Virus record (IMG/VR): IMGVR_UViG_3300032326_000597
Location: 1 to 61,640 of that record
DNA: 61,640 nucleotides
DNA from: a virus
Taxonomy: Duplodnaviria; Caudoviricetes
Strand: one strand, 5' to 3'
Of the stretch, positions 25,221 to 36,558 are shown in pieces (within the stretch, counting starts at the first letter, position 1; every line of letters starts with the position of its first letter). Both the position numbers and the translations under genes were made by a program. The notes beneath the pieces are model-generated. The model did no database searches. It saw nothing but the letters and a program-made list of their open reading frames with translations, and was not told the origin of the DNA.

Positions 25221-27679
25221 AGTACGAATACGAAGAGGAGGATAAATTTGTTTCATTCCACGAGGATGACGACGAGTTGGATACAATCCGAATCCCTCTC
25301 CCGCGCCTTGAGGAGTGGTATTCACATCACCTCAAGCGTGAAGTTACAAGAGAGGAGGCGTTTACATATGTTGACGGATATGGTTTGGACCCAAGGGAAC
25401 AGAAGTTTACTTATCAGGAAGTGCCTGAGAAAATAAAACTTATCTACGAGGTTGTGTTCAATAAGAAACACGCAACCAACAAGTCTAAATACAAAGAGGT
25501 TGGTGACGTAAGACTTGAGGACATCTACGAAGAGATTGAATCAAACCAGAAGTACTACGCCATGGAGATTGAGTGGATTAAACTCCAAATCAAGCGTAGA
25601 TACGTTGGTTACTGGTGTTTCATTAAAGGGAAACCCACCTACATCAACGGGGCAAACTATTTCTTCCTAAACTTTTGGACGGTAAAGAATTTCGGTAAGA
25701 ACAACAACAGGCCCGACTACAGGGACTACCAGCGTAAGATGTTTCACCTGTTCATGTACGCCTACTCCACAGAGGATGCGTTCTACAAGCACAAGGTAAT
25801 ATATCGCGAAGAAGGAACGGTGAAGACAAAGTACTCAAACCAAGACGTGAAAAACGTGGTTGACGAGATGAACGAGATGGGGGTGGAGTATTTCATGGAG
25901 CCAAACGTCAACATCACTGTTAAGAAGGGGAAGCGCACCGTGCATGGGATAAACTTCGTATCCGGGCGTCGTATTGCAAAGACAGCTATTGCTTGTTGCT
26001 TCTGTACATGGGGGACACTTAACATGCCCGACCAAACCTTCATCATCCAAGCGATGAACGAGGACCAGGCGGTCAACAAGATATTCATAAAACAAATTCA
26101 AACACCTGTAAGCAAACTTCCATTCTTCTTTCGACCGTACTATCGCGGAAGAATAGAAGCAAAGGAGGGTTTGCGTTTTCAGTATGAGGGAGCAATCGCA
26201 TCAGCAGCAAGGGCAGGAATTGTCCCAGAACAAATGGAGTGCTTCATCACGCCGCTCCCTTCGACGGAGAAAGCGGCGGATGGAGAAGCGGAGATCGCTT
26301 TTGTCTACCGTGACGAGCCAGCGAAGAAAACGGATGCGAAGGCGGCGGACCAAAACATCCCGACGTGGTGGTACAACACGATGAAGCCCGCCATCGAGCG
26401 CGGGGAAAACATTCGTGGATTCTGCATCATGCCATCTACAGTAGGTGACATGGACACAGGGGGTGGAGCGCAGTTCTTTGATATTGCCAACGACTCGCAC
26501 TTCTCTGATCGTAACGAGAACGGAACTACTCCGTCTGGACTCATCAACTTCTTCTTGCCGGGTTACTACGCGGTAGAGGGATACATTGACGAGTATGGGG
26601 CAAGTATTATTGACGACCCGAAGGAACCTGTAATGTCTAACGAGGGTAAGTGGATTACCAAGGGAGCTAAGTCGTATCTTTTGAACCAAGCTGACTACTT
26701 CGAGCGTAAGAGGGAGTGGCAGAAGCTGATTAAGTTACAGCAGAACTTCCCAATGAGTTGGAAACAGGCGTTTGCTGTTATCCCCAAGGACATGGGTATG
26801 CCTATTGAGAAGATGCGCGACAGGATATCTGAACTCAAGTTCTCTCGCACCCCGATTACAACGAAGATCAACTTTAAGTGGGCGGGAGACAAGTTTGGAA
26901 GCGAGGTGTATGTAGAAAACGATTCAAGGGGTAGCTGGACCATGAGTTACCTTCCCCCCAATGAGATGCGTAACAGGAAAACAGTTGTCACACCTGAAGA
27001 GGGATATATTCCCCCAAAAGACAAAGGTGTAATTTACGCTCCCGATCCATCGGTGATGAACAAGTTTTTCCTTTGTTGTGACCCGGTAAAGTTCCATAAA
27101 AGAAATACTGTAGGTAAAAAGAAATCAAACGCTGCTGCCGCTGTGTTTTACAAAAGGGATAGCCAAGTAGATCCTGACAACAAGCCTAGGAATGAATGGG
27201 TGAGTAATGATTGGGTTTTAATTTATAATCGTCAAACAGAAGACAAGGCCGAGTACCATGAAGAGTGGCTAAAGGCGGCTGTGTTCCTCGGAGCCTACGT
27301 CTACCCCGAATGGCCAGATGGAGAGGCGCTTGTTGAATACTTTAGAGATAACGGGTTTGATGGATACCTTTTGAAGGACGTAGGTTCTGACGGAAAGCAA
27401 GACTCAAGGCCAGGTGTTTGGGCGGGTGAGTCTGAGAAGAACGAAATGGCCGGAGACATCATGACTTTCTTTAACAACAATGTTAAGTACGTGAAGATGT
27501 GGGAGATAGTCGAGGAGTGGAGTCAGATGCGGGGCATTGATGACTTAACAAACCACGACTTGTGTGCCGCTACGGGTTGGTGCATGAGGGCCATAAAGAG
27601 CCGGATGCCCGACCTTTACAAGGAGGCTTACCAACCGATAGAGGTGCAGGGAGGGTTTTCGTTTTTCGAAATAGATTGA
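25217..27679 (+). CDS. terL: terminase large subunit (crAss-like)
   Basis: YINGANYFFLN, GRRIAKT Walker A variant, RDE Walker B, STVG, CDP nuclease Asp. Confidence 0.9.
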   Translation: MKYEYEEEDKFVSFHEDDDELDTIRIPLPRLEEWYSHHLKREVTREEAFTYVDGYGLDPREQKFTYQEVPEKIKLIYEVVFNKKHATNKSKYKEVGDVRLEDIYEEIESNQKYYAMEIEWIKLQIKRRYVGYWCFIKGKPTYINGANYFFLNFWTVKNFGKNNNRPDYRDYQRKMFHLFMYAYSTEDAFYKHKVIYREEGTVKTKYSNQDVKNVVDEMNEMGVEYFMEPNVNITVKKGKRTVHGINFVSGRRIAKTAIACCFCTWGTLNMPDQTFIIQAMNEDQAVNKIFIKQIQTPVSKLPFFFRPYYRGRIEAKEGLRFQYEGAIASAARAGIVPEQMECFITPLPSTEKAADGEAEIAFVYRDEPAKKTDAKAADQNIPTWWYNTMKPAIERGENIRGFCIMPSTVGDMDTGGGAQFFDIANDSHFSDRNENGTTPSGLINFFLPGYYAVEGYIDEYGASIIDDPKEPVMSNEGKWITKGAKSYLLNQADYFERKREWQKLIKLQQNFPMSWKQAFAVIPKDMGMPIEKMRDRISELKFSRTPITTKINFKWAGDKFGSEVYVENDSRGSWTMSYLPPNEMRNRKTVVTPEEGYIPPKDKGVIYAPDPSVMNKFFLCCDPVKFHKRNTVGKKKSNAAAAVFYKRDSQVDPDNKPRNEWVSNDWVLIYNRQTEDKAEYHEEWLKAAVFLGAYVYPEWPDGEALVEYFRDNGFDGYLLKDVGSDGKQDSRPGVWAGESEKNEMAGDIMTFFNNNVKYVKMWEIVEEWSQMRGIDDLTNHDLCAATGWCMRAIKSRMPDLYKEAYQPIEVQGGFSFFEID

Positions 27680-27743
27680 TTGTTTTCAGTTATTTATGAG
27701 AAAATTTTATACATTTGTGGTTGTTTACTTAAATTTGTAAGAT

Positions 27744-30140
27744 ATGATACTACCTCAGTTGGCTGGGGGGGTCTTGTTCCCCGAAGACAATATTCCTGAA
27801 GTGGATAAGTTGAAGCCAGACTTTGGCTTACGATGCGGAAGAGCTTTGTATTCTCGATATTGTTCGGGCGGTGCATATTTTTCTTTCAATCAGCTATCAG
27901 AAATGCAGGACACCCGCAACTACGGATCCGGCATTCAAAATAACGAGAAGTATAAGAACTGGTTTTCAAATGGTTCCCCAATAGGGAACAAGTCAACAGG
28001 CGGGGCCGAGAGTGGTCCTTCGACTAAAGGAATGAGCAAGGCGCAGAGAAAGGCGATGGCTAACATAAGCTACGACATTTTCTCTCCAATGAAAAAACTG
28101 ACCAATGTTCTTCTATCAATTCTTGCAGATAACGATTATAAACTTGATTGTGTTTCTCTTGATAAAACTATCATCAATAAAAAGAAGCACGAGAAAAATG
28201 ATATCTACGCTAAAGCGAATTTTACAAATCCGTTAATGCGTGAGCTTGGACTACCAGAGTTCAAATTGCCGTTTGTGCCAAAGGACGAGAACATGCTAGA
28301 GATGGCTGACCGTCTTGGTTTTTTCAAAACCAAATATGAAGTTGCTTTGGAGAAACTAGCTGAGGCTGGTTTTCGTTCTTCTAACTGGAGTTCGATGCGT
28401 AATGAAATAAATCGTGACGCTATCGACTACCACTTCCGGGCGGCAAAGATTTACAATGACCCAATCACAGGACAGGTAAAGGTTAAGTACATTGACCCTG
28501 CTCGTCTTGTAATGCTTTGGAACGAGGACAATCAAGACGAGCCTGTTGCTATTGGCCACATTGAGATTGAAACCGTTCAGTCGATATACCCAAAACTAAT
28601 TGAGGCGGGCTTTGATGAGAAGCAGATTCAGGCCATGGCTAAGTCATATGTTCCGTATCAAACAGACGCTTCAATGATTCCCGTGTGGGCATTTGAGCGT
28701 AAGGATCAGACCACAAACCGTTGGGTGTGGATGGATTTCAAGGTTTATGTGTTGAAGTTTGAGTATCTTTCTACTGACTACAAGCAGTATGTAGAAAGAA
28801 CAAACAAGCAGGGATACGCTTCATTTCTTCGCAATAATAAGCCGGTAGAGGAAAAGAAAAAGAATCCTAACGACACCTACGAAGAGGTGTCTTGTAACTA
28901 TTGGTACGAGGGTTCATACATCATATCAGGAACCGGTCTTGACCGAATCTACGACTGGAAGAAAAAGCCTAACCAGATGCAGAAGGGACTCACTCCGATG
29001 AGTTCTTATGTTATCGACCGCATACAGGGACAATCACCCACGCGAAGCGTTAGAGGATTGCTTGACGACTTAATGTTCGCCATCCTTAAACTTCGAGCTG
29101 CTGTATGGGCCGCTGCACCTAAGGGATATCGAATTGACGTGGGTGAGGCCGCCAACATCAAGATTGGCGGGGTAGAATACGATTTGTTTGATCTTGTACA
29201 CGTACATCGTCAGAATGGTATTCAAGTTGTTGCCACCAAGTTCAATGCGGCAACAGGTAAGTACGTTTCTCAACCACTTACTGAAATGGACAACGGCTTA
29301 GGTCCACAGGGGGCTGAATGGATTCAGCAAATTGCCAACTTGCAGATGATGATCAAGGACACCATGGGTATCCCTGACGCCATGGCCGCAAGCCCAGACC
29401 AAAGCGCGGAAAGACTTGTTGGCGTAATGGAACAGGACTACCAAGCCGGAAACCACGCCAACTGGCCACTTCGAGAGTCAGAGCGTGAGTTTAAGCGTAA
29501 GGTTGGAGAGCGCATGATCCACCAGGCTCGTATAGACATAGAGTACGACTCTAAGATTCGTGATTTTTATGAGGCTGTGATTGGCAAGACTATGGTTGAC
29601 TCCTTGGATGAAATCGAGGGCTTGTCATTAGACCAGCTTGCAATTAGCGTTAAGTCTATTCCAAACGAAAAAGAAAAAAGCGCAATCCTTCAGAGGGCCA
29701 TGCAGATGTCTCAGATTCCAACTAAGGACGGTTCAGTTCTCCTTCGTCCATCAAGCGTTGAGCGTGTTGCTCAGCTTTTGAAGAATGGAGATGTAGACGA
29801 GGCACTCTGGTTCATGGCTACTGAAGAAACCGAGGCCCGTGAGCGGGAGGAAAGACACGCCCAAATGATGATGCAGCAGAATATCCAGGGCCAGCAGCAA
29901 TCAGCAATGATGGCCGAAGAAGCTAAGCGTCAAACGGCTATGCAGCTTGCTCAGATTGAAATCATGAAGCAGCGCGAGATGGCTAATATGGAGCTTATGA
30001 AGGAGCAACAGCTTGCTAAGATTAAGGCTGATGCAAACTACCAAGTACAATTATTGAAGGGTAAGCAAGCCCTCGAAGAGATACAGCTTGAGGCAACCCT
30101 TGAAGCTGAGTTAGGAAACGAAATCACAGGAAGAGTATAA
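27744..30140 (+). CDS. portal protein
   Basis: 798 aa after TerL, YIDPA motif, Q-rich coiled C-terminus. Confidence 0.85.
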   Translation: MILPQLAGGVLFPEDNIPEVDKLKPDFGLRCGRALYSRYCSGGAYFSFNQLSEMQDTRNYGSGIQNNEKYKNWFSNGSPIGNKSTGGAESGPSTKGMSKAQRKAMANISYDIFSPMKKLTNVLLSILADNDYKLDCVSLDKTIINKKKHEKNDIYAKANFTNPLMRELGLPEFKLPFVPKDENMLEMADRLGFFKTKYEVALEKLAEAGFRSSNWSSMRNEINRDAIDYHFRAAKIYNDPITGQVKVKYIDPARLVMLWNEDNQDEPVAIGHIEIETVQSIYPKLIEAGFDEKQIQAMAKSYVPYQTDASMIPVWAFERKDQTTNRWVWMDFKVYVLKFEYLSTDYKQYVERTNKQGYASFLRNNKPVEEKKKNPNDTYEEVSCNYWYEGSYIISGTGLDRIYDWKKKPNQMQKGLTPMSSYVIDRIQGQSPTRSVRGLLDDLMFAILKLRAAVWAAAPKGYRIDVGEAANIKIGGVEYDLFDLVHVHRQNGIQVVATKFNAATGKYVSQPLTEMDNGLGPQGAEWIQQIANLQMMIKDTMGIPDAMAASPDQSAERLVGVMEQDYQAGNHANWPLRESEREFKRKVGERMIHQARIDIEYDSKIRDFYEAVIGKTMVDSLDEIEGLSLDQLAISVKSIPNEKEKSAILQRAMQMSQIPTKDGSVLLRPSSVERVAQLLKNGDVDEALWFMATEETEAREREERHAQMMMQQNIQGQQQSAMMAEEAKRQTAMQLAQIEIMKQREMANMELMKEQQLAKIKADANYQVQLLKGKQALEEIQLEATLEAELGNEITGRV

Positions 30141-30145
30141 AACAT

Positions 30146-31207
30146 ATGGAAAACAACGAATTAGAAAATCAAAACGAACAAGTTAACGAACAAGTTAACG
30201 AACAGATCAACGAACAAGTAAACGAGCAAATTAACCAGGAGGATATGCCTTGGTTTTCTGCTTATGGCTACGAGAACGAAGATTCTTTTAAAACTGAATT
30301 TGAAGAGCTTCGTTCTTATAAAAGTCTAGCTGCCGAGCTTGCTGAAAAGCAAAAGGATATTGAAGAAGGAATTGCCTTGCTTCAAGAGGCTGATGACCCA
30401 TTCGGCGGAAACGAAGAGGCGCGGACACTTGTTGCGTTTGGTAAGAAGGGTATCAACCAGTCTATTGCTAATCAGATTGTATCTTCAAGCCCAGACTCCT
30501 TGATGGAGGACCCACTCAAGGCACTTGTCATTGCCGAGGCGGTAAAGAACCCAGACAAATTCAAGCGTTTAGGCCAAGCCACTATCGAGGAAGCTATTCG
30601 CGAAAAATATAACTTAGGTGACGGAGATTATTACGCCACAGCTCTTTTAAAGTCTGACGCTATAGATGCTATAGAAATAATTGAAAAGACTAAGAAAGAT
30701 GTTGAAACTGTTAAAAATCCTTTTACCTTTGCAAAAGAGCTAAAGAGCCAAAATCAAAAACAGATTGCGGAAAGACAGACATTAGCACTTGCCGAGGCAG
30801 AGTCCTACGCCAAGCAGCTAAAGGATGTCCCCTACAAATTCGGGGAATCAGAAGTTTCGTTAAAAGTTTCAAACGAAGAGATTGATTCGATTTTGAAGTC
30901 GCAGTATGCAGGTTATTTAGGTCAAGCCTTCGATACGACCACTAAAGAAGGAAAGCAAGCGGTTAGAAACTGGCTAGAGAACCAAATCCTCATTCATAAG
31001 GTTCAGTCTGGGGATCTCGGAGTTCAAATAGCTAAGTCACTTTCGGCAAGCGTAGAAAAGAAAGTGGTCAAAGAGGTCTACAATGGTCAACCTAAAACGA
31101 TTAACCGTGTAGACAAAACAACTGTAGATGCTAAGGAATTAACTCCTGCACAGCAAGACTTGTTGGCAAGAGGGCTTCCGCTACCATCTCAGAAAATAAA
31201 ATCATAA
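30146..31207 (+). CDS. scaffold-like acidic protein
   Basis: Between portal and MCP; N-terminal NEQ(V/I) 12-bp tandem repeats at 30173-30237. Confidence 0.6.
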   Translation: MENNELENQNEQVNEQVNEQINEQVNEQINQEDMPWFSAYGYENEDSFKTEFEELRSYKSLAAELAEKQKDIEEGIALLQEADDPFGGNEEARTLVAFGKKGINQSIANQIVSSSPDSLMEDPLKALVIAEAVKNPDKFKRLGQATIEEAIREKYNLGDGDYYATALLKSDAIDAIEIIEKTKKDVETVKNPFTFAKELKSQNQKQIAERQTLALAEAESYAKQLKDVPYKFGESEVSLKVSNEEIDSILKSQYAGYLGQAFDTTTKEGKQAVRNWLENQILIHKVQSGDLGVQIAKSLSASVEKKVVKEVYNGQPKTINRVDKTTVDAKELTPAQQDLLARGLPLPSQKIKS

Positions 31208-31231
31208 TAACTTTGTAAAAAATCTAATAAG

Positions 31232-32635
31232 ATGGCATTCGTACAAAGTCCCACTATTAATCCGTTGTCAGTCCCCAGAGGCGGGGCTATGACCTATGGC
31301 GGAATAATGAATAACTGGGACGCAATTAAAGAAGACTTCGACGCCGTGGCATATTTGCCTTTCGGTGATGAATACTGGAGCGCAATGAACCAAATCATGA
31401 ACGGTATTGGTAACCGCGAGGTGGCCACTAACCCTAAGGTTCGTTGGTTCGAATTGACCCGCATGGAGGTTCCTGCGTTGATTGCTACCGGAGCAACTCT
31501 TGCTGACGGTGACAATACACTCATTTTGAACACTAGCGATCGTCAAGACCTTGATGGTACTTTCTACTCTTGGCCTAATGTTCGGGAAATTTGGCGTCAC
31601 GCCCCCTCTGGTAAGCTCATTCAAATCACAGCTAAAAACTCTAACGCTATAACATTGACCGTGCGTCCTGTTACAGCTGATGGTGTTGGAACTGTAATTG
31701 CAACAGGAGACTACTTGTTCTACGTGGGTGTTTCTGTTCCTGAAAACTCAACAGCTCAAGCTGGTAAGTTCATGTTTGATGAAGTTAAGACTTCATACTT
31801 GCAGACCATGCGTCACGACATCTTGACTAGCTCTGAGTCATTGTACAACCAGTTGTGGTATTCTCAGCTTGAGAACGGTACTGCAACTCCGTACTCTAAC
31901 TCACGCGACATCATCTACTTGCAGCGTGAACACCAGGTTGCAATCGTGAACACCTTCTTGGCTGGTGAAACCACAACTAGCACTTCTTTAAGTTCGGCTT
32001 CGTCGTTCCAAACCACTCCAGGTTTGATCCCGACTATCTTTGCTGACGGTCAAACTGAAGATAGCGCTGGTGCAATCGACCAAGACACGTTCTACGCTCT
32101 TGAAGCAAAACTGACTACTCAGGACGCTTCTGTGAAGAACTACATGGTTTGGACCACTGGTCAGACTTCAGCTCAAATCGAGCAGGCTATGTTGACTTAC
32201 AACCAGAACGCTAACATCCAAATCAACAAGGTTCAGATGGAGAAGACTTTCTGGGGTGAGGGTGCATACGCTGACTTGATGTCTACTACCTACTCATTCA
32301 ACAACCTCGTGTTCAATAATAAGAACTTCGGTCTTGTTCGTATGGGTATCTTCGATAACCCACAAACCTTCGGTGTTGCTGGTTCATCTTGGTCAGACTA
32401 CGCAGTATTCTTGCCAATGGCTCCTGGTAACGTAGACGACGGTATGGGTAACCTCGGTAAGTACATCCGTCTTTGCCATAAGCCTGGTGCATTCATGAAC
32501 ATGTGGCAAACAGGTGGTCGTGCAGCAACTAACAAGACTGATGCATGGCAGCTTGGCGTTCACATCGTATCTGAAATCGGGTTCAAGTTCATCAACGCGA
32601 ACAAATACGGTATCATGTACAACGCTGGAGCCTAA
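31232..32635 (+). CDS. major capsid protein
   Basis: 467 aa, strong codon bias, WFE and SE.G motifs, followed by terminator. Confidence 0.85.
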   Translation: MAFVQSPTINPLSVPRGGAMTYGGIMNNWDAIKEDFDAVAYLPFGDEYWSAMNQIMNGIGNREVATNPKVRWFELTRMEVPALIATGATLADGDNTLILNTSDRQDLDGTFYSWPNVREIWRHAPSGKLIQITAKNSNAITLTVRPVTADGVGTVIATGDYLFYVGVSVPENSTAQAGKFMFDEVKTSYLQTMRHDILTSSESLYNQLWYSQLENGTATPYSNSRDIIYLQREHQVAIVNTFLAGETTTSTSLSSASSFQTTPGLIPTIFADGQTEDSAGAIDQDTFYALEAKLTTQDASVKNYMVWTTGQTSAQIEQAMLTYNQNANIQINKVQMEKTFWGEGAYADLMSTTYSFNNLVFNNKNFGLVRMGIFDNPQTFGVAGSSWSDYAVFLPMAPGNVDDGMGNLGKYIRLCHKPGAFMNMWQTGGRAATNKTDAWQLGVHIVSEIGFKFINANKYGIMYNAGA

Positions 32636-32651
32636 TCTAATGACTAATGAT

Positions 32652-32679
32652 AAAAGGGGGCAATGTCGCCCCCTTTTTT
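32652..32679 (+). terminator. intrinsic terminator after MCP
   Basis: aaaaggggg-caatgtcg-ccccttttttt-type hairpin. Confidence 0.8.
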
Positions 32680-32696
32680 AAAACCCAATATACGTT

Positions 32697-33620
32697 ATGC
32701 TTTTCGATATAAGTACAAATCAGCCAATCTCTATTCCAGATTGGGCTGAAAAACAAATGAAAGAGGATTTTCCAGACTTTTATAAGGGCAAGCCCGTTAA
32801 GATAAAGGTTTTGGAAAGCAAAATGAGAAGATCTTACAAGGTCCCATCAACAGACAAAGAAGGAACACCACGTTTATTTATTGAGCCGCCAAAGGGGAAC
32901 TCAAGGAAGGCTAGAGGAATCGTTGTTGACCCTGAGACAGGCGAGGAGTATTACGTTCAATACTCAACAAGCTCCCCACAGCCAGGGCCATATGGCATGA
33001 AGTTCTCTTATCCCGGAAACAATGTTACCGTTCATCACGGAATGGAAATCAGACCGGGACAGAAGGATTTGCTTTTTTACTTGCACTACATATGTCCGAT
33101 AATCTCTGACAATCGATGTTCAAGAAAATCAAGCGACTGTTGGTATGCTTATGACAAACCAGAGGTTGTTGCTAAAGCAAAAATCGAATCTGCTCGTTCA
33201 GCTCGTGAGCTAGAGAATTTGATTTATTTTGACGCTGCATACGACATGGTGTTGAAGGCAATCGATGGATTAGCTCTTCCAAAGAAAGGTTCTGAGGAGG
33301 AAAACCGCGTTATGCTTCATGATGCAATTAAGAATGGCAGCGACACGTTCCGTAAAAACGCGTTCGAAATACTTGACTCTCGTCCCAAGAAACAAGAGGT
33401 GAAGACCGAGGAAACTATCCACGAGATGGTAAATCGACTTTCTTCTGAAGGTTTTATTAAAAATGAGGACGGAATTTGGTATCTTCGCGACCGTAGAGGT
33501 GACGGAACCAAGTGGTTAAAGAATCCGTTCTTCGAATCAACAGGAGAGAAGGACGCATTTGCCTTGATTGATCACCTCAAAGTAAATGAAGAATTATTAG
33601 GTAAATTAAGAAAACTATAA
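32697..33620 (+). CDS. conserved post-capsid protein
   Basis: 307 aa in the crAss-like position after MCP. Confidence 0.7.
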   Translation: MLFDISTNQPISIPDWAEKQMKEDFPDFYKGKPVKIKVLESKMRRSYKVPSTDKEGTPRLFIEPPKGNSRKARGIVVDPETGEEYYVQYSTSSPQPGPYGMKFSYPGNNVTVHHGMEIRPGQKDLLFYLHYICPIISDNRCSRKSSDCWYAYDKPEVVAKAKIESARSARELENLIYFDAAYDMVLKAIDGLALPKKGSEEENRVMLHDAIKNGSDTFRKNAFEILDSRPKKQEVKTEETIHEMVNRLSSEGFIKNEDGIWYLRDRRGDGTKWLKNPFFESTGEKDAFALIDHLKVNEELLGKLRKL

Positions 33621-33624
33621 AAAG

Positions 33625-36558
33625 ATGATTAGCACCGTATCCCTTTCGTTTGATTTAAGCGCATCTCCACCGAGAGCCGTTATTACGGATTCAACCGACT
33701 ATGGAGCATTGTTTTCCGTGTCAACCCAACAAGCTAAGGGATACGGTGTTCTCACTTTTAATGGAGAGATAGTTCAATCGTTTGATTCTCCAAGTAATCC
33801 ACTCATTGACTTGGCTGCTGGAGATACCGTTGGATATATCAACCTTCAGCTTGATAACAACGGCAATGTGGCCAATGGTATTTATGGTTTTGAATATAGT
33901 TTAAGACTTGCAAATCAACCTTCTTCTATACCTGTCAACATCCCAAGTACATCATCTACGTTTTCATTTGTTGGATACGAATGGATGAGTGATTTTTTTG
34001 AAACAGGAAATGATGTCACATTAACCGCTATTACATCGGGAACACCAAATTATAGGACTATTTCTAGCGTAAGCTATGCAGCTGGTAGTACTACTATTGA
34101 CATTAATTCACCAATCACTACGCCTCCATCTCTTTATTATTTTACTTATGATGTAGCAAATGCTCAGTTCAGTCAAACATACACCTATGCAGGTTGTACT
34201 CAAACAACAGCAGATGTAAACTTCATTTACGATTGCGAGTATGGGGATAGCGGAACATGGTCTGTATCAAATGCTACAGTTTTAGGTTCAAACGAAATCG
34301 TATCAAGCCTAAGCTGTACGATAAACTATCCATCTTGGACGAATATCGACTCGCTGTTCAATCCACAGGTAGTTACCACGTCTCTTCCATACCCAACCTT
34401 ACCAACAGAGGACACACCTCTTGCTACGGGTACTTATAGCGTTTTACTGTCACAACAGATTCAGCAAACTCAAACCTCTGGACTTGTTGTTCTTTACAAC
34501 AATTCAATAACAAAAGAATTTACTGTAAGCTGTGCGGGAACCCTTTGTGGACTTGTTCCTTGCATTGAGAACCTTCGTGCAGCTCACGCGGCAGAACTTG
34601 TACGAAACAGAATTTCAAAATACCAAGTTTTTGTAGACAATGTCCTTCTGTATTACACAGAGGCTATGAACTACAGGTCTTGCGGAGAACTTGACAAATA
34701 CAAAGAAACTATCGCCCTTCTTCAGGCTCAATTAGACGCCTCAGGGTGCGACTGTGCTTGCTGTGACAACGAGACCTACTACTGGGTGTCAAATAACTCA
34801 GCTAACTCTATTATCGACGAGTTGCTCGCTAACTTCCAATACCGATTGTTCAATACAGGTAGCGGAGATCCTGGACCCGCCCAAGATGGGGTAGAGTTTG
34901 GGGCTATTTGGCAAAATACTAATACCGGTGTTCTTTACCGTTGCACAGACGCGACACCTACGGCTTTGATTTGGGAGGAGTATTACAACCCTTCCACCTC
35001 ATCTTCTGTTGGAGCCGCAAACGGCTTGTCTGTCACCGCAAGTGATATAGTGCTTGGTGGCACTTTAGATACTGACACCACGATTACTTTAGGTACACGC
35101 GATATTGATTTTTCTGGAACTAGCGGAAATCTAACATTTTCTGGAACTACTGGAAACGTAATAGTTTCGTCCACTACTGGATCGGCTATAGTTGCAACAG
35201 GAACAACCAACGCACTTAGCGTTGAGGGAACTACTAACGCTCTTAGCGCTCAGGCCACTAACGATGTAGCTGCTTTTCTTCGAGTAGATCGCGCTACAAA
35301 TAATACCGTTGCTAAAAATCTTGTCTTATCAACAACCGTAACAGGGTCTGGTGTTGGAGCGAACGGCTTAGGTTCTTCAATAGAATTTTTGGCTGAAGGA
35401 TCGTCTTCGTCTTTCCCCTTTACTACATCTTCTATTGAAAGTGTGGTTACTAACTCTGCGTCACAGAGAGGAGAGTTGAAGTTTAATGTAAAGGCAGGAA
35501 GCCTTGTAAATAGTCTTACTCTTAATCCGGACGCATCTGTAACCCTTCCATTTTATGGTGACGGAAACTACACCGGAACAGCTACTCAATCATTGAGTGT
35601 AGATGTAGATGGAAACGTTATTGAAACAACCCATATTTCAGGCGCGGACAATGGCCTTTCAATTTCATCAGGAAACGTAATCCTTGGGGGTTCCTTGGAC
35701 GCTCCGACTACGATTGATTTAAATTCTCAAGATTTGACTTTTTCTGGTGGAACTGTTACAGCTTCTGCTGTAGACAATGCCTTACAAGTGAATGGAGGTG
35801 TAGGCGCTCTCACCGTAACGGGATCATCAAATGTTGTTGATGTTACAGCAAACAATAGTGTAGCTGGTCGTTTTGAAGTCGAGAGAGCTACAAACAATAC
35901 TGTTGCCACAGTTTTGAGTCTAAGAACATCTGTTGACGGAGGCGATGGAGCAGATGGTATCGGTACAGCTATTCAATTTGCATCAGAATCGAGTACTAAC
36001 ATAGTTTCCACAACAGCTTCTATTGAAAGCGTTTTAGTTAGCGCGTCATCACCTTTGCAAGCGAATTTAAACTTTAAGACAAGATCAAGTTCAGGTTCAG
36101 CGCTTCTTGACAGGTTAACTCTTAATTCAGACGGTTCTGCTACATTGCCTTCCTATGGCAGCGGATCCATTGCGGGAACGCCCACGTATTCATTAAGCGT
36201 TGACTCTTCTGGTAACGTAATTGAAACAGCGCTTTCTGGTGGTCCTTTAGTTTATATAGCTAGACTTTTTCAGTCTGGCACTACTGCTCCAACAGCCGTT
36301 GAGCTTGTAAATACTACAGGCGCTACTTTTACATGGAGTTATGTAATTTCTGGTATTTATCGGGTAACGGCATCATCTGCTGTTTTAACTACAGATAAAA
36401 CAGCCATGTTTGTAACAGCGTCTGGCACTAGTCCATATATACTTATGGGTGCAATAAATACCACAACTCAAGGTACGATAATTTCATCAAATAATTTTGT
36501 TAGTTATGTGGACAACTTAATTAATGGAGCTATTGTTAAAATAGAAATTTATCCATAA
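33625..36558 (+). CDS. virion structural/fibre protein with an internal ~210 aa duplication
   Basis: T/S/G-rich; CDCACC; repeat units start at 35011 and 35641. Confidence 0.75.
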   Translation: MISTVSLSFDLSASPPRAVITDSTDYGALFSVSTQQAKGYGVLTFNGEIVQSFDSPSNPLIDLAAGDTVGYINLQLDNNGNVANGIYGFEYSLRLANQPSSIPVNIPSTSSTFSFVGYEWMSDFFETGNDVTLTAITSGTPNYRTISSVSYAAGSTTIDINSPITTPPSLYYFTYDVANAQFSQTYTYAGCTQTTADVNFIYDCEYGDSGTWSVSNATVLGSNEIVSSLSCTINYPSWTNIDSLFNPQVVTTSLPYPTLPTEDTPLATGTYSVLLSQQIQQTQTSGLVVLYNNSITKEFTVSCAGTLCGLVPCIENLRAAHAAELVRNRISKYQVFVDNVLLYYTEAMNYRSCGELDKYKETIALLQAQLDASGCDCACCDNETYYWVSNNSANSIIDELLANFQYRLFNTGSGDPGPAQDGVEFGAIWQNTNTGVLYRCTDATPTALIWEEYYNPSTSSSVGAANGLSVTASDIVLGGTLDTDTTITLGTRDIDFSGTSGNLTFSGTTGNVIVSSTTGSAIVATGTTNALSVEGTTNALSAQATNDVAAFLRVDRATNNTVAKNLVLSTTVTGSGVGANGLGSSIEFLAEGSSSSFPFTTSSIESVVTNSASQRGELKFNVKAGSLVNSLTLNPDASVTLPFYGDGNYTGTATQSLSVDVDGNVIETTHISGADNGLSISSGNVILGGSLDAPTTIDLNSQDLTFSGGTVTASAVDNALQVNGGVGALTVTGSSNVVDVTANNSVAGRFEVERATNNTVATVLSLRTSVDGGDGADGIGTAIQFASESSTNIVSTTASIESVLVSASSPLQANLNFKTRSSSGSALLDRLTLNSDGSATLPSYGSGSIAGTPTYSLSVDSSGNVIETALSGGPLVYIARLFQSGTTAPTAVELVNTTGATFTWSYVISGIYRVTASSAVLTTDKTAMFVTASGTSPYILMGAINTTTQGTIISSNNFVSYVDNLINGAIVKIEIYP

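Noticed and set aside
27677-27697. IHF-like site (tttcagttattta), with a similar one near 10997
   Set aside because: Too degenerate and AT-rich to support from two copies.
25217-32635. Introns or inteins in TerL, portal or MCP
   Set aside because: ORFs are continuous and of expected size, with no intein or homing-endonuclease motifs seen.
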